NCBI GenBank assembly: GCA_951406725.2
Contig: OX597828.1
Span: forward strand, 7,006,001 to 7,070,000
Direction: 5' to 3'
From: Octopus vulgaris
Lineage: Eukaryota
DNA: 64,000 nt
The notes below the pieces were generated by a model. That model was not told where the DNA came from. It made no database searches and worked only from the letters and a program-made list of their open reading frames with translations. The stretch's first letter is position 1; the number at the start of each line of letters is the position of its first letter. Made by a program: the position numbers and the translations under genes. Shown piece after piece: positions 38,901 through 52,300 of this stretch.

Positions 38901-41900
38901 GTCTTTAATATATATATTTTATAATTATATATATATATGCATTGGAATTTATATAATATTTACACAATATATATTATATATACTATGAATTTTTTTTTTT
39001 TTTTGAACTCCCATTTTGCAAAACATTCAAAACAAACAGGTTGGAATCCATACAAACATCACTCCTCACAAAGGAGGAGTGGTTACCTGTTCTAATGCTC
39101 ACATTATACAATCCTATGCAACCAGCCATAATTTCAAACACAGCAGTGTTTCATTTTATTTTATTTTTTTTTAATTTTTACTTTTTTGTTCTTTAGAATA
39201 ATTTTTTTTTCAAAGAATGCTTAATTGCAGCAGTCAGAGTCCCTACCATAAATATATATATATATTTATATATATACACATACATACACACATACATATA
39301 TATAAACGTATGTATGAGAGAGAGAGAAGCCAGTATATCTTATCGATTCAATGTTTTTAATTTCATTCATTCATACATTTATATTTTTCATCTTTTTTTT
39401 TAAATAGAAATTTCCATACAATAAACAATATAAATAAAAATCAATAAAATCAACTGGCAATCAAGCATAACGAAGAAAATTGTAACGTGTTTTGTATATT
39501 TTTTTGTTGTAATTTTTCTTTCAATATTTTAATTTGGAGGGGACGTGGAAATTGTCAAGGAATGAGGCGCAAGGAAGAAGAGCCTGTTAAAGTAATTGGA
39601 TGGGAGGAAAAAACTATCTTGTTTCATTAGACGTATATATCAAATGTTTAGAACTAACAATATCCATTTTCACTCATTCAATTTGTATACACACGCTCAT
39701 GAATTCGCAATATACACAGGTACACTAAACACAGCGCAAAGCGCATGACCAACTCTTCCATATTACAAACTATGAGACATGGGGAGAAGGAGAGAGAGCT
39801 ACCCTTATGTATATTTAATAAGCAAAACTAATACAACTAATGCCAAAATTTAAAATATTGAGACAAAATGAAAGTGACAAAGTAAAATTTGCCTCGGTCA
39901 CTTATATATTTGTACCTAAAACCAGACAGCAACCAAGAGTCCATTTAAATTTTTTTTTTTTTAAATTTACATATATATATATTTTTGTCTTTAATTACGA
40001 GTTCAAAAGCCAGAGCGGAACCATATAATTTATAGGGAGAAGAACTCTACATGCTGCTGACTGCCAAGTTATCCACAAATTCCTCCCCGCTCCAAAGAAA
40101 AAAAAAAAGTCTGTATGTGCATATATAAGTTAAGTACACACACATACACACACACAGGCACGCACATAACTAAGTTTAACTAATTGTGGGCATGACTTCA
40201 TTCCATGTCAAGAGATTCATTTAAGAGAAAAAAATGTTTTGCCTTTCTTCAAATATAATGAACCATTGCAACTTAGAAGCAGAACTACATTTTCGTTTCA
40301 CATAGCCAATCAAATTTAACTGACTGGTTAATTATTTCGATATGTTTGTCATTTTTTTTCTTTTCTCATACATGTGAAATAGTATCACAGTTAATATAGT
40401 AATAACCAGCTAAGTTCTTAGAATGAATAAGGCAGTTAAAAAATTAAAAATCCTTCCAAGATTTAAAAAAAAATTAAATTAACTACTTATTTAATCTTTA
40501 TCATTTTCATAATTGTCAAAAGAAATTTTTAAGTTTGTACCAATAGAAGGAATAGGACATTTTGTTCAATCTGTAAATCAGCTACAAAGAATTGGTCAAC
40601 TTTGCCAGGTACACAATATTATACTGTCGAGTTATATGAACACTGCCATTTCTCTGGCTATAAATTTGCATAGCTGTTCAGGAGACATCCTTCCCCTCAA
40701 GGAATTTTATGGTTTTTGGGGGTTTTTTTTTCCTAGCAGTTACATTCCACAGACATTTGCAAGAGGAGAAACAATTAGATACTATGCAATAAAGGGATTT
40801 ATGAATAAAGAGAAGAGAAAAAGTTTATTTTGGTTGTGTGGAGAAAATAGTCAAAGAAAAAAAAAAAAAACCAAAATGTGAAATAAACCCTTCCTGGGAA
40901 TGGGGGTGAGGAGAAGAAACAAGAAAATATATCTTTATATATGTATATATATATATAAATATATATATATATTTTAAATTGACAATTTGTTTCTGTTTAA
41001 TCAGAATCTTAGATTTTAATTAAGGTAATTCTTAAGAGGGATTGGAGGGGGTTATTCCTGCCTTCAAAAAATGAGACTGCCGAGTAGATGAAGGAGAAAA
41101 TTTACAACAATGCCAAGGATTGAGTTTAATCGTTCGGTGGGGTAAGGGGAAGGAGACGAAAAAGAAAAAAATTATCATATATACACACACACATACAGGC
41201 TATTTTTATAATGGAATGTGCCAGAGGTGAGTTCGGAATATATAAAGAAACTAAAGTAGTGTTAGTGAGTGTGGGAATAAAAAAAAAAAAATTATTACTG
41301 AGATGACACACATGCAAACATGTGACAGGGGAAAGGGGAGGGGGAATAACGGCAACTTTCACTTGGATTTAGTGAACCTAGAACTAGTTAATACCATTAA
41401 TCTCTACAGAATCGAAGAGTGGGTGGGGAGAGAACACAAATGAATTTACAAAGGTCAAACAACATACACTGACCCCACCATATGTGTATGAAGAAGTGCT
41501 ACAAGAAACTGCTCTAATAGAGTGAAAACAAAATTACATCTGAGAAAGGTGGAAGCATTCTTTTTTAAAAGAAAAAAAAAGGGGGGGTGCAAATGGTAAA
41601 CAATCCTACATACCCTACCTGTGTTGCTGTACAAGTTTAATTTTTTTTTTTTGTTTTCTAAATATTGGTAGCATGGAGGGTAAAATACTTCTGGCAGAGT
41701 TATATTTGCTTTTAAATATTTACTTTCAATACTGCTCTAGAAGTGTATACATATATCCCCTACCACCTCTAAAACACAGGCATTAGAGCACGTAGAAAGA
41801 GGCAAATCAAAGCTTTTACATAAAGAAAAAAAAAATAAATAACATTAAAATGAGGAAGGGAATACTTAGGGTAGGAATTGTTTGACCAAATAGAAAAGAA

Positions 41901-44409
41901 ATGTTCAGTTCCAGCAGCATTGTCAGGGTTTTTCAAATTTTTTATAATTTATTAAAAAAAAAAATTAAAATATATATATATTTATATATAGAGAGAGCTA
42001 TTTTTTCTTAATATTTATCTTTCTGCAATCAGTCTTTGAATATATATATTATCATCATCATCATCATAAGAAAATAATCTCTTTTAAAACATTCTCACGT
42101 ACACACACTTGGACCATGCCAATATATATATTATTTTTCATAAGCTGGAAAATAGATGCAACAAATCTGAGGCAGGAGGTGGGTGACTAGGGGGATGTTA
42201 CATTCTTTGTTTTTATGGTTTGTTTTTCTTTTTTTTTTATCTCCCTAGAATTTTAGAGACAAAGCAAGAGTGAGATCTACCAGAGTTTAACTTGGACATT
42301 TTGCATGGACCATGCTATTGTTTTCATTAAGCCAGAAAATAGATGTTGGCAAATTTGAAATGGTTTCGAGAAGGCTAGGGCTTTCATCAAAGAGCAAAGG
42401 ACTTCATTTTGTTTTTCGTTATTTTTTTCTTTCATTTTGAGTTGCTTTTCAAGAATATAGAAATTTTCAAAGAAATTAAAAATCCACCAAAAGAATTTTA
42501 AATCTTACAGCAGAAATGTCTGCTTAGCCAAAAAAAAAAAAAGAAAAAAAAGACAATTTTGAGTTTCTAAAATGTATGACTGAAACTGAAAGTTAATTCT
42601 TCAATTATCTTGAAGTGTGAGGGAGGACAATGCTGCAATATGCAATTATCTAAGCAGAAATGGCAAGGACCAGTTGAGAGAAAGGAGGGGTTGTTCCACT
42701 TCACCGCCGAGAATAAAATGGATGATATGTTGAAAATTTCAGAAAATGGTAGTGGTGGGGAGGGGACTGCAGGAAATTTCAAATACTTTTTTGATTTCGG
42801 TACATGATACAATTAAATAGGAAAAATTAAAAGACTAACGGAAGCATTAAGGATTACAAAAATACATAAAATAAATAAGAATCTATGAACCTTTCAAATT
42901 TAGATCATAAAAAATATGAAAGGTGAAATGTTAAAAGTCTAAACTACCCATTTTCTTTTAAGCTGACCAAATGTCCATGGTTGAATAAAAATCTTTAAAA
43001 CAGCTTAAGTAATTAGCTGGGTTTTCCTTTTTTCTTCCTTTTTTTGGAATCATTACCCACATTCTAAATCAGAGTACCATATTATGGGCCTTTTTGTGTC
43101 GGAGGAGTTGAATCTGGGTATGTCACAGCCACCCCTTTCAAATGAAAAATGTTAGTGAGATAGCTCAGGCCAATTAAGAAAATGTAGGCAGTAAACATTA
43201 CCACACAAGAAACTAATTTAACCAAATTTTACAGGTACATATATATTAGTTAAGTCTGCTCCAATGCAGCTGGAAACCGGACATAAGCAAGCAAGGTGTT
43301 GGAAGATGAGCACCATGAACCAGAAATTTAAAATGTTAAAATAAAAAACATTGAAACAACCCACTAGAACAAACTATTAAAGAGAACACTATCCAGATAA
43401 AAATTGTATTTTGAACATCACATGCATGTCAGTTTCACAGAGGGAGACTGGAATAATGAAAATTGGTACTATATACGGAACCTTGCTATGTGAAAACATT
43501 TTCATGGCAAGGGAAACACCTACTAAATCTTTTAACCACATGTTTCTGTTCAGCTTTGCTAATAGCTAACAAAAACTTCAAGAGCATCCTAAAAATGGTG
43601 CTCAGGGTGAATAAAGCCTAGAATGAGTAGCTGTAATAAACAAAGAAAAGGCTGTTTTTGTGGCCTTCGAATGAGCAGAATTAAGAAAAAAAATAACCAA
43701 ACAACCAAAGACAAATGCATGTAATATGCATGTGTGCTATTTGCACAAAGTAGCTTGGAATAAGATTTCTCTAAAAAAAATTTTAAGGAAAGGTGGGGGG
43801 GGAAGCAAGCCAAGTTTTAAAATATAAAAGAAAAATGCAAAAAATTTTTAAAAAATAAATAAAAAGTAACTATAATTGAACAATACTACTGTTAAAACTA
43901 CAAGAAATGCATGAAGAGGTAAATCGAGCCATAAGACAATGGGAGCAGAACAAAAAGTTTATTTCCAGATGCTCAGTATTTTTGAGATTTAAAAATATAT
44001 GCTTTTTTTATTATTATTATGTATGTTTAAGTGTGTAATGCGTGCTTTCCATAGGGTGAAATTGAAAAAAAAAAAGCCTTCAAGTGATATTTTTTAACTT
44101 GGCAAGGGTGGAGGAGATATATAAAGCAAGATTACACAACTAAAATTCCAGATCAAATACTATGAATTCACATTTTACTCACACTCGCAAACTATATTAT
44201 ATGTAATATATGATATATATGGGTATATATATATATATGTGCTGCTTACACATATGCGCTGTGTGTACACATGCTGTGCGTACATATATACATTGCGCAG
44301 ATGCGTGTACGTTGCATGTTGTGTGTGTATGTTGCATATATATTGCCTATATGTATGTATATGTTGCATGTGTATATGTTGCATATATATTGCCTATATG
44401 TATGTATAT

Positions 44410-44640
44410 GTTGCGTGTGTATATATGTTGCGTGTGTATATATGTTGCGTGTGTATATATGTTGCGTGTGTATATATGTTGCGTGTGTATATATGTTGCG
44501 TGTGTATATATGTTGCGTGTGTATATATGTTGCGTGTGTATATATGTTGCGTGTGTATATATGTTGCGTGTGTATATATGTTGCGTGTGTATATATGTTG
44601 CGTGTGTATATATGTTGCGTGTGTATATATGTTGCGTGTG
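44410..44640. repeat. 17-bp minisatellite (GTTGCGTGTGTATATAT), 13 full copies plus one partial
   Basis: Unit starts every 17 bp from 44410 to 44631; degenerate units lie upstream to ~44310. Confidence 0.95.
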
Positions 44641-45651
44641 TGTGTGTATATATGTTGTGTGTATATGCTGTATGAACGTTATATACACATATACACTATA
44701 TAGATATGCTATATACACATGTATACACATACAATACATACACATGTTAATATCCATATAAACATGTATACATAACTGTAATACACATTTGTGTATGTGA
44801 ATACATTATTTCTACACACATCCTCATACCATCATACACATGTACACATAAACATGTGCCTATGCACACACACACATACGCATGTATAATTACTATTCAG
44901 GTGAGTGGTCAAGGAGATCAGAAGAAACTAAATTAGTGAAGCATTAGGTGAAAAATATGTTGGTGGGAAGGCATAAAGTAGAAGGTTGAATTTGGTGAAC
45001 TTGAGTTTGTTAAGTTAAACAAGAAGAGGGGGGGACAAGTGAGGAGACTTGCCAGGTCAGGACATGGTAGACGATCACATGGGGCCACATCTAAGGATAT
45101 TTTAAGCAACTAAAAAGGATAGGGGACAGAATGGGAAAGGTTAAGAGGAATAGTAACCAGACAAATCATATAACTGAATGTAAATGTGGATGTGTACATG
45201 TATACACAATCACACCCAAAAAACTACAACACAAATACACAAACCATACGCAAAACACAGACATTGATACAATAATGTAAGTGTACCCTATATGTGCATT
45301 TGCAAGCATGTATAAATAAATATATTAATATTTATTTATGTATATAGATCTATATAAATTATTGAAACGCACTCATGCCAACACACATACACACACTCGC
45401 GCACACACACACACATTCATTCATCCATTGTGTCAGAAAGGTCAAAAATTATTGCATAAGAACAGCCGGGTTCAAACTTAGAACATTTTTTATTTAGTGA
45501 CAGAAAAATAAAACCTTTTACAATTTCTGACTCCGGAAATATATGGGCATCAAATTTTGACACCTTTAAATGGCCTTTAAAATAAAAATATCTTTATCAT
45601 CTTAAGATCTGTGGGGGTTGTTTGGAAATTCTTTTGTATGGTCACCAACAC

Positions 45652-45687
<36 letters not shown>

Positions 45688-46582
45688 CACATATATTTAT
45701 ATATATATTTATTGATGATTGTATGCATGTATGTACATCATATATATGCGCATGTTTGTATGTAGATGTGTGTGGCTTTTGGATAATTTTCAAAATTAAA
45801 TTTCTTCATTTAAAGTTTTTTTTTTATGTTTCTTGACAATGTATACATTTTTCTTTCTTTTTGAGGGGAGGGGTGCGATTTTTTTTTTCCACTTGTTCTA
45901 CATATACACAGATAGCTCGTAAATATATTAAAATAGAAAATACTAGTCTCTAAGTTGTGCAACAAATTTTCTCATGTACTATTTATACAAATATATGTTT
46001 AGAAAGCATAAACCTGCTTTATTATTTGTTTAAATCTGCAATTTTTTTTTTTATTTTTTATATTGAGGTGGGAAGGGGTTTACAATTTTTTTTTTAAAGA
46101 TTTTTAGAATATTTTAAATTTTAAGTCTTTTTCTGTGTTTATTTTTTAACTTTTATATAATTTATTTTTTTAATGTATTTTTCTTTCTTCCCTTTCTACT
46201 CATCACAATTAGTAGTGGTGGTGGGGGGGCAGGGGGCCACAACTAGACCCGTCAGGATTAAAATAAAGGCTATTTTATGTGGACTATAAAATATGTTTAT
46301 TATTAAATTTTTTTTTTTTATAGCTGGGTAAAATATAGTTTAAAAAACAAAAAAAAATCTCATCCGCTCTTCTCACTCAAAAGGAAAAAAGAAAAGAATC
46401 ATTTAAAGAATAAAAAATAAAACAAAAAAAAACATTCACAGATATTTTGTGTGGGGGGAAAGGAGATTTCTTCATAGGGAAGAAATATCTTAATGTGTGA
46501 CAACACTGTCAATTGGGTAAACCTCGGTTTTCCTCACGAGCCCAGCCCTATCACCAAACTTTATGAACTATTTACTTCCATA

Positions 46583-46616
<34 letters not shown>

Positions 46617-46625
46617 ACGTGTGTA

Positions 46626-46657
<32 letters not shown>

Positions 46658-46825
46658 CACACACATCTGTGTGTGAGTGTGTATGTTTGTAGTTATATAT
46701 GTATATAGATATCTATATAGAAATATATATGAATATATATGTGATAAATGTGTATGTTTATATACACTTTCTCAGGTGTACATATATAGTCATATACATA
46801 TAAATGTATACACACAGATACAGAT

Positions 46826-46857
<32 letters not shown>

Positions 46858-47338
46858 ATATACACACACGCGCGCACGCACATATATATAAAATAGAATT
46901 GGAGCTTTGAAACATTTAAGAGAAATTCCTTTTCTCTCCAGTCACTAACTGTCATTTTATATTCTTTTAAATATATTGGTTTGAGTATGGTGTGTTTGTA
47001 AATTTCATACATATATCATCTTCCAAATATGGATTAAACTTATAAATTTCTTTCAATAAAATCTGTCAGTGTATATACACGTGTGTGTATGTATGTGTGT
47101 ATGTATGTATATATATTTATATATATATACACACACACATATATATATACATATTATATATGGATCTATAATCTCATGAATAACGGCAACGAATGAGAAT
47201 ACTCATTTCTTAAATTGTCTGGTGGGGAAAGAGTGGGAACAGCCTCTTTCAAGGAACGGAAAAGTTTCTTATGCATTATATTTATTAGTTAGATCTTTGT
47301 TTCTTTGTCTTTATAATATATATATATGTGTGTGTATG

Positions 47339-48777
47339 TTAAGAAAATATGCGGATTGCCTGAGTGGGAGTTTGTTCACAGACCGGACAAAGTCGCTCCA
47401 CAATTGGTTTTTCAACAATGAGATTGGCACACTCCATACAGAACAGGTTGTGGCCGCACGGTACAAGCGCGGCCACAACCTCACTCTCAGAGCACACAAG
47501 GCAGTTACGTCGAGGACGGCTACCAACACCCCCTCCTCCTGGTGGTGGCGATTCTGGACAAGAACTAGTGATGCTAGTGACTGTTGAAGAAGAGGTAGTA
47601 GCATAGTTGTTTGTACATGTTGGTAGAGGTCCGAAAGATGAAATGCCAGCTAGGCTACCAGTCAAGGGGTCACTTCGAATACGTCGAAGTATTGGATGAT
47701 GGTCCAAGCTGCTACTACTGCCACCCAGAGTCGTGGTGTTCAGACTTCCTGTCACAGTGGTACCATTTGCCATTGCTTCAGCAGACTCTAAAGTGGGTGA
47801 AAGTCGAGGTGTTGTGTTGGTCCCACCAAGACTGCTTCGTCGACCAGCTGTGACAGATGAACAGGAGGTGGTATTAGTACTTGTGGGGTTGCTACCAGTT
47901 GATGTGAACACCGAGACGACTAGAGATGAACCTCTGTTGGGAGGTGCTGGATCACTCAATTCTGGCCAAAGACCAGCAGGTGATGGAACAGGGTCAAAAG
48001 AGGGTGAACTAATTCCTTCATCGTTGTCATACATGCTAAAACTGTTAAAGGCATTAAACCCATTTGACAGCGGGTTATAAGTATCCGTCAGTTTGGAAGT
48101 TGTTGAGGTGACAGGTGGAAAATTAAAAATTGTAGGCTCCTGACTACGTCGAGATAATAGGGTTCCATTTAAACCCGAACTTGGATAAGTGAATGCTGCT
48201 GAATTTGCTGTTTTGGGGTAGACAGGTCCAATGTCAGTTCCTAATTCATGAAAACCTGAATCAACACCATTTGTGTGAAAATCATTCTCATCTTGCTGCT
48301 GGTGGGCTTCGATCAACCCACCAGTACGCATGGCAATATGGCTTTCAATTTCTTGACGGGCTTTTTCAACATTTTCAGGTAAGCCCGTCACATCAAAAAC
48401 AGGTTCTTTGTCTCTGCTCGGTGTGATAATGTAAGTGTGTGTTTGCTGTTGGATCCTTTTAATAGTTGCACCTTTTGGGCCAACAACAAGCCCTACAACT
48501 CTGTAGGGAACCCGTACTTGGATCGTTACATGACCGGGAGTATTAGGACTGGGCGGGCCAGGGGTCAGGTTTGAATTTGTCCCTGAGACACCAGAAGCAC
48601 TGTTGTTTCTTCTAGATGCTCTAATTTGGCTGAAGTGGTCAGCAGCAGAAAGTATTTCCCTCTTTGCTGCAGCTACATCTTCTTTGCGACCAGTAACCAC
48701 AAATACAGGCTCTTCTCCCCGCACAGGGGTTTTGATATATGTATTGGTTTTTGCACGTAGGGCTTTGATCTTGCAGC
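47339..48777 (-). CDS. MEX3: Last coding exon of a MEX3-family RNA-binding E3 ubiquitin ligase (second part of KH1, KH2, Ser/Thr-rich linker, C-terminal C3HC4 RING)
   Basis: The ORF extends upstream in frame as G|CKIKALRAKTNTYIKTPVRGEEPVFVVTGRKEDV. KH2 reads VTIQVRVPYRVVGLVVGPKGATIKRIQQQTHTYIITPSR and the RING reads CLVCSESEVVAALVPCGHNLFCMECA...CPVC, ending QAIRIFS-stop. A splice acceptor TTTTTTTATTGTTGCAG|GC (minus strand) sits at 48778/48777, the phase-1 intron position typical of MEX3 genes. Confidence 0.97.
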
Positions 48778-49319
48778 CTGCAACAATAAAAAAAAATATA
48801 AAGTGAGTGAAAGGTCAATATCAAAACAAACAAAAAGAAAAAATTATCAGTTGCTATATGTATTGTCAAAATTGTTAATTCATAGTTTAATTTGTATAAG
48901 TGGATTCATTTATTGAAACTGAGCTAATTTCACAAAATCTGCAAAATGTGTCCAGAAATTACATATATTATAGGTAAAAATTTGGTGCATATGCACACAT
49001 TTGTGCATGTGCATATGTGTGTGCACATGTAGATATACATGTATAATATAGAATCATGGTACCAGTCCTAGAAGGAAAAGCAAAAACCAATTTCATATAT
49101 AACATCAGTTATTTTTACAACCAAGTATCCTTCCTATAGCTAACTACACAACTGAAACAGCTTCCAAAAATATTGATACAAAATTTTCAGCAACAACTAA
49201 ACTATACAGTTGAATGAAATAAGAACATTGCCAATAAATGTAAACTTGCTTAAAACTTGCTCTTGAACAAGTCACTGAGAAACATTTAAGAGAAATGTTC
49301 CAATAATCTAAATTTTATA

Positions 49320-49358
<39 letters not shown>

Positions 49359-52300
49359 TATATAAGAATAAAACTTCTGATCTGATGAACAAGCTATGTT
49401 AAAAAGGAAAAAATTGTTTCTACAAATAAAATACTGAAATGGTTAAGATTCTAGATAAATTCTAAATATGACGACTCAATATTTCATATGGATAACATGA
49501 TGCAAAGTTTCTACAACCTGTCCAGATTGAAGCGAGGAAAAATATTGTAATCTGGGCCAAATAAAACAGAAATTTGTGGGGTTTCATAATTCAATACTTT
49601 ATAATTAAATCTATAGAGGTATAAATACTGGACCCTACATATGTTGTATTTTCAAATGCTACTAGTCACAGTAGCATTTTCACTCCCAGTCTGCAATCTC
49701 CATACCACCCCAGAGCCATATGTAAAGAATTCATTTCTGAATAGATATTTCTAAACCAAATATATGGAATATGTTGTATAGAAATAGAAACTAGCATTTA
49801 CACAATCCAGTCAAAACTTGTCTATCAAAAAGGTTATTAAAAGGGTCAGTGCATTCCACAATTTTTGCATTAACAGACAGTTCGGGGAAATATTCTACTA
49901 CAAACATTCACGTGGACAAAAATAAGATGCACAGGTTACAAAATCTGTCATGATTTGGAACCTTGTCATGGTGTTCACTATATGAAAGTGTGTGTGGAAC
50001 TGGTTAAGAATGAACACACATGTACACACCTAAAGATTAGCTTTTGAAGCATCAAAAGAAGGCAAAATCCAAAAGTAAAGCAGGTAGTTGAAAAGCAAAT
50101 TTTATTGCATTACACGAATTCCTCATATAAATAAAAAAGGGGAAAAAAATTTTGGCATTGAAATAGAGCTGGATTGATAGTTTATTCTTTTATTATTATT
50201 ATTATTGTATAATTTTATTTTTATTAGCTTAGCTGAAGGGCAGTGTTGATAAGATTACATTTAATCCAGATCCATTTTTTAAAAATTTCATTCATGTCTG
50301 AATAATTCCACCAGATTCATAACTTAAATCCAGATACAGTCACTTGTCAAAAATACTGTTATACTCAAAATAAACAGAATTCTACAACTTCTAAACTACA
50401 ATTTCAAGAGGCCTGAGAATGACAAAGGAGTTGAAGGGTTTAATGATAGTTGACTTCTAACCAGTTAGCTTAGCACACTAAGCTATAAACAGGGACAAGG
50501 AATTCTGCAGGACTAACAGTACTTGACCAAAACAAGTCAATTTGCAGTGTAGTGCCAAACCTTCCAGATGAATGCCTGCAGCAACAAAAAGAATCAAGAA
50601 ATATACCAAATACCCAGCATAACTAGGGAAGTACAATTGAGACCAAAAGTAATGAAATGCAAACCTAACTGTACCCCAATGTTTATATCGTGCTTTGCAG
50701 CAAATTCTCCGAGGAAAGACCAGCAAATTAAATAATTATAGGTGTTTAGATGCATGTGGGCTCTGACTGAGCACACTAATGACAAAAGCATTCTAGCTAG
50801 GGATTTTTAAGAGTATCTTAGACATGGTCCAATAGCGCATTTTTTTTTTTTGAAACAACATGGATATTTGGCTTTAATTTCTAGCAAGTATCGACCACAT
50901 GGGGGCTCCCTCAGTATTTAACAGCTGTATGTACTTATTCTTTCATAGCTCAGCTATGAAGTGACATCCAATTTCAGCTGGGTAAGATGAAGAAATAGGA
51001 TTTGGGCATTATAACTTAGGCAACTTAGCACATTTAGTGAGGTTTCAATAATTAATTAGCTTTAATTCTCAATTGAAATTATCAGGCTACATTGCTCAAT
51101 GCTAGTATTGGTTGAATGAGTTTACCTTTGAACAGATTTCTTATAACTATAACGTTCTATAATAGCTTTTCTTACACAAAGCAATTGCCTTGCATTATAT
51201 TCATTTCATTATAAATCTTAAATATTACTCTGAAGTTTAACAAAGCTGTCTGAATGTAAGAAGTATCAGGTGTGCAGTTGGATCTGTAGGCCAAACAGCA
51301 AATCCAAATAATTGAATTTAAAAACAAACATTAGGAAAAACAGTTTCAAAATTCAAGATTGGAGCAAATTAGGATGAAATAGGGCAAATCAAGCCATGAA
51401 TAAGCATGGTCCCACAGGTTTGAGTGGGATAAAAAGCGTATTGAAACACTTCAAACACGCATAAGGTCAGGGAGCAGGATAATGATACCACAAAGTGCAA
51501 CCTTAACTAGGAAAACCTAATACGAAAGCTGAAATACAATCACCTGTCAAAAGCTAATGAATAACCAATGAGTAAGCCAACATGGATTTGCCATAATACT
51601 TGAAGGACTGCATTTGAAATACATAAAGGGTAGAGAGAGAGAGAAGAGTAAAGAGAGGGGTAGAGACAGAAAGCAGATGTCTTAATTATATTCTTAATTT
51701 CTCCAGCCAATCTTATGAGGGCACTTGAGTTTAAATTGAACAGGAACAATGGTAGATGGGGTTCATAATTCTTTTGTGATAAACCTACAACCAGAAACCT
51801 CCTGGTCACAGCCTGATGTAGGAACAAATCTTATCACCAGATGATATGCACACACAAATGAGATGGTGAGATGATATTTAGGAATATAAGAGGGAAATAA
51901 TGCAAGTATACAGCTTCACCGTCAGATAGTGGTACAGCTGGCAAGACATTCCAACATGAGAAAACTTACATGCCTACACAGGGTTTTAAATACAGAAATT
52001 AAATGCACTTTAAAAAGAAACCCAAGCTAAGAGTAGATAGAGAATTAGGGATGTTTATAGATTACTTGGTGCAATAAACATGGTACAAAGAAGGGAAACT
52101 GATATCAATGAACTGGTAACATAACTTACAACTATATTATCTTCTATTAATAACTTTTCTATACAGAAAATACAGAAGGAAACTGATATTCGCAGTTTAC
52201 CTAGAATAATAACCTTTGGAAATTTTGGCCAACAAAAGTCCTGACATTCTGAGTGACCAGCCAGTTACCAACATTTGATCATAAATCTATCATGAAGCAG

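Noticed and set aside
44410-44640. CRISPR-like array
   Set aside because: Head-to-tail repeats with no spacers, in a eukaryotic context.
33000-47338. MEX3-recognition, AU-rich and poly(A) signal motifs
   Set aside because: Too degenerate to be meaningful by eye in very AT-rich DNA.
47222-48806. Plus-strand ORFs overlapping MEX3
   Set aside because: Short antisense shadows of the real coding exon.
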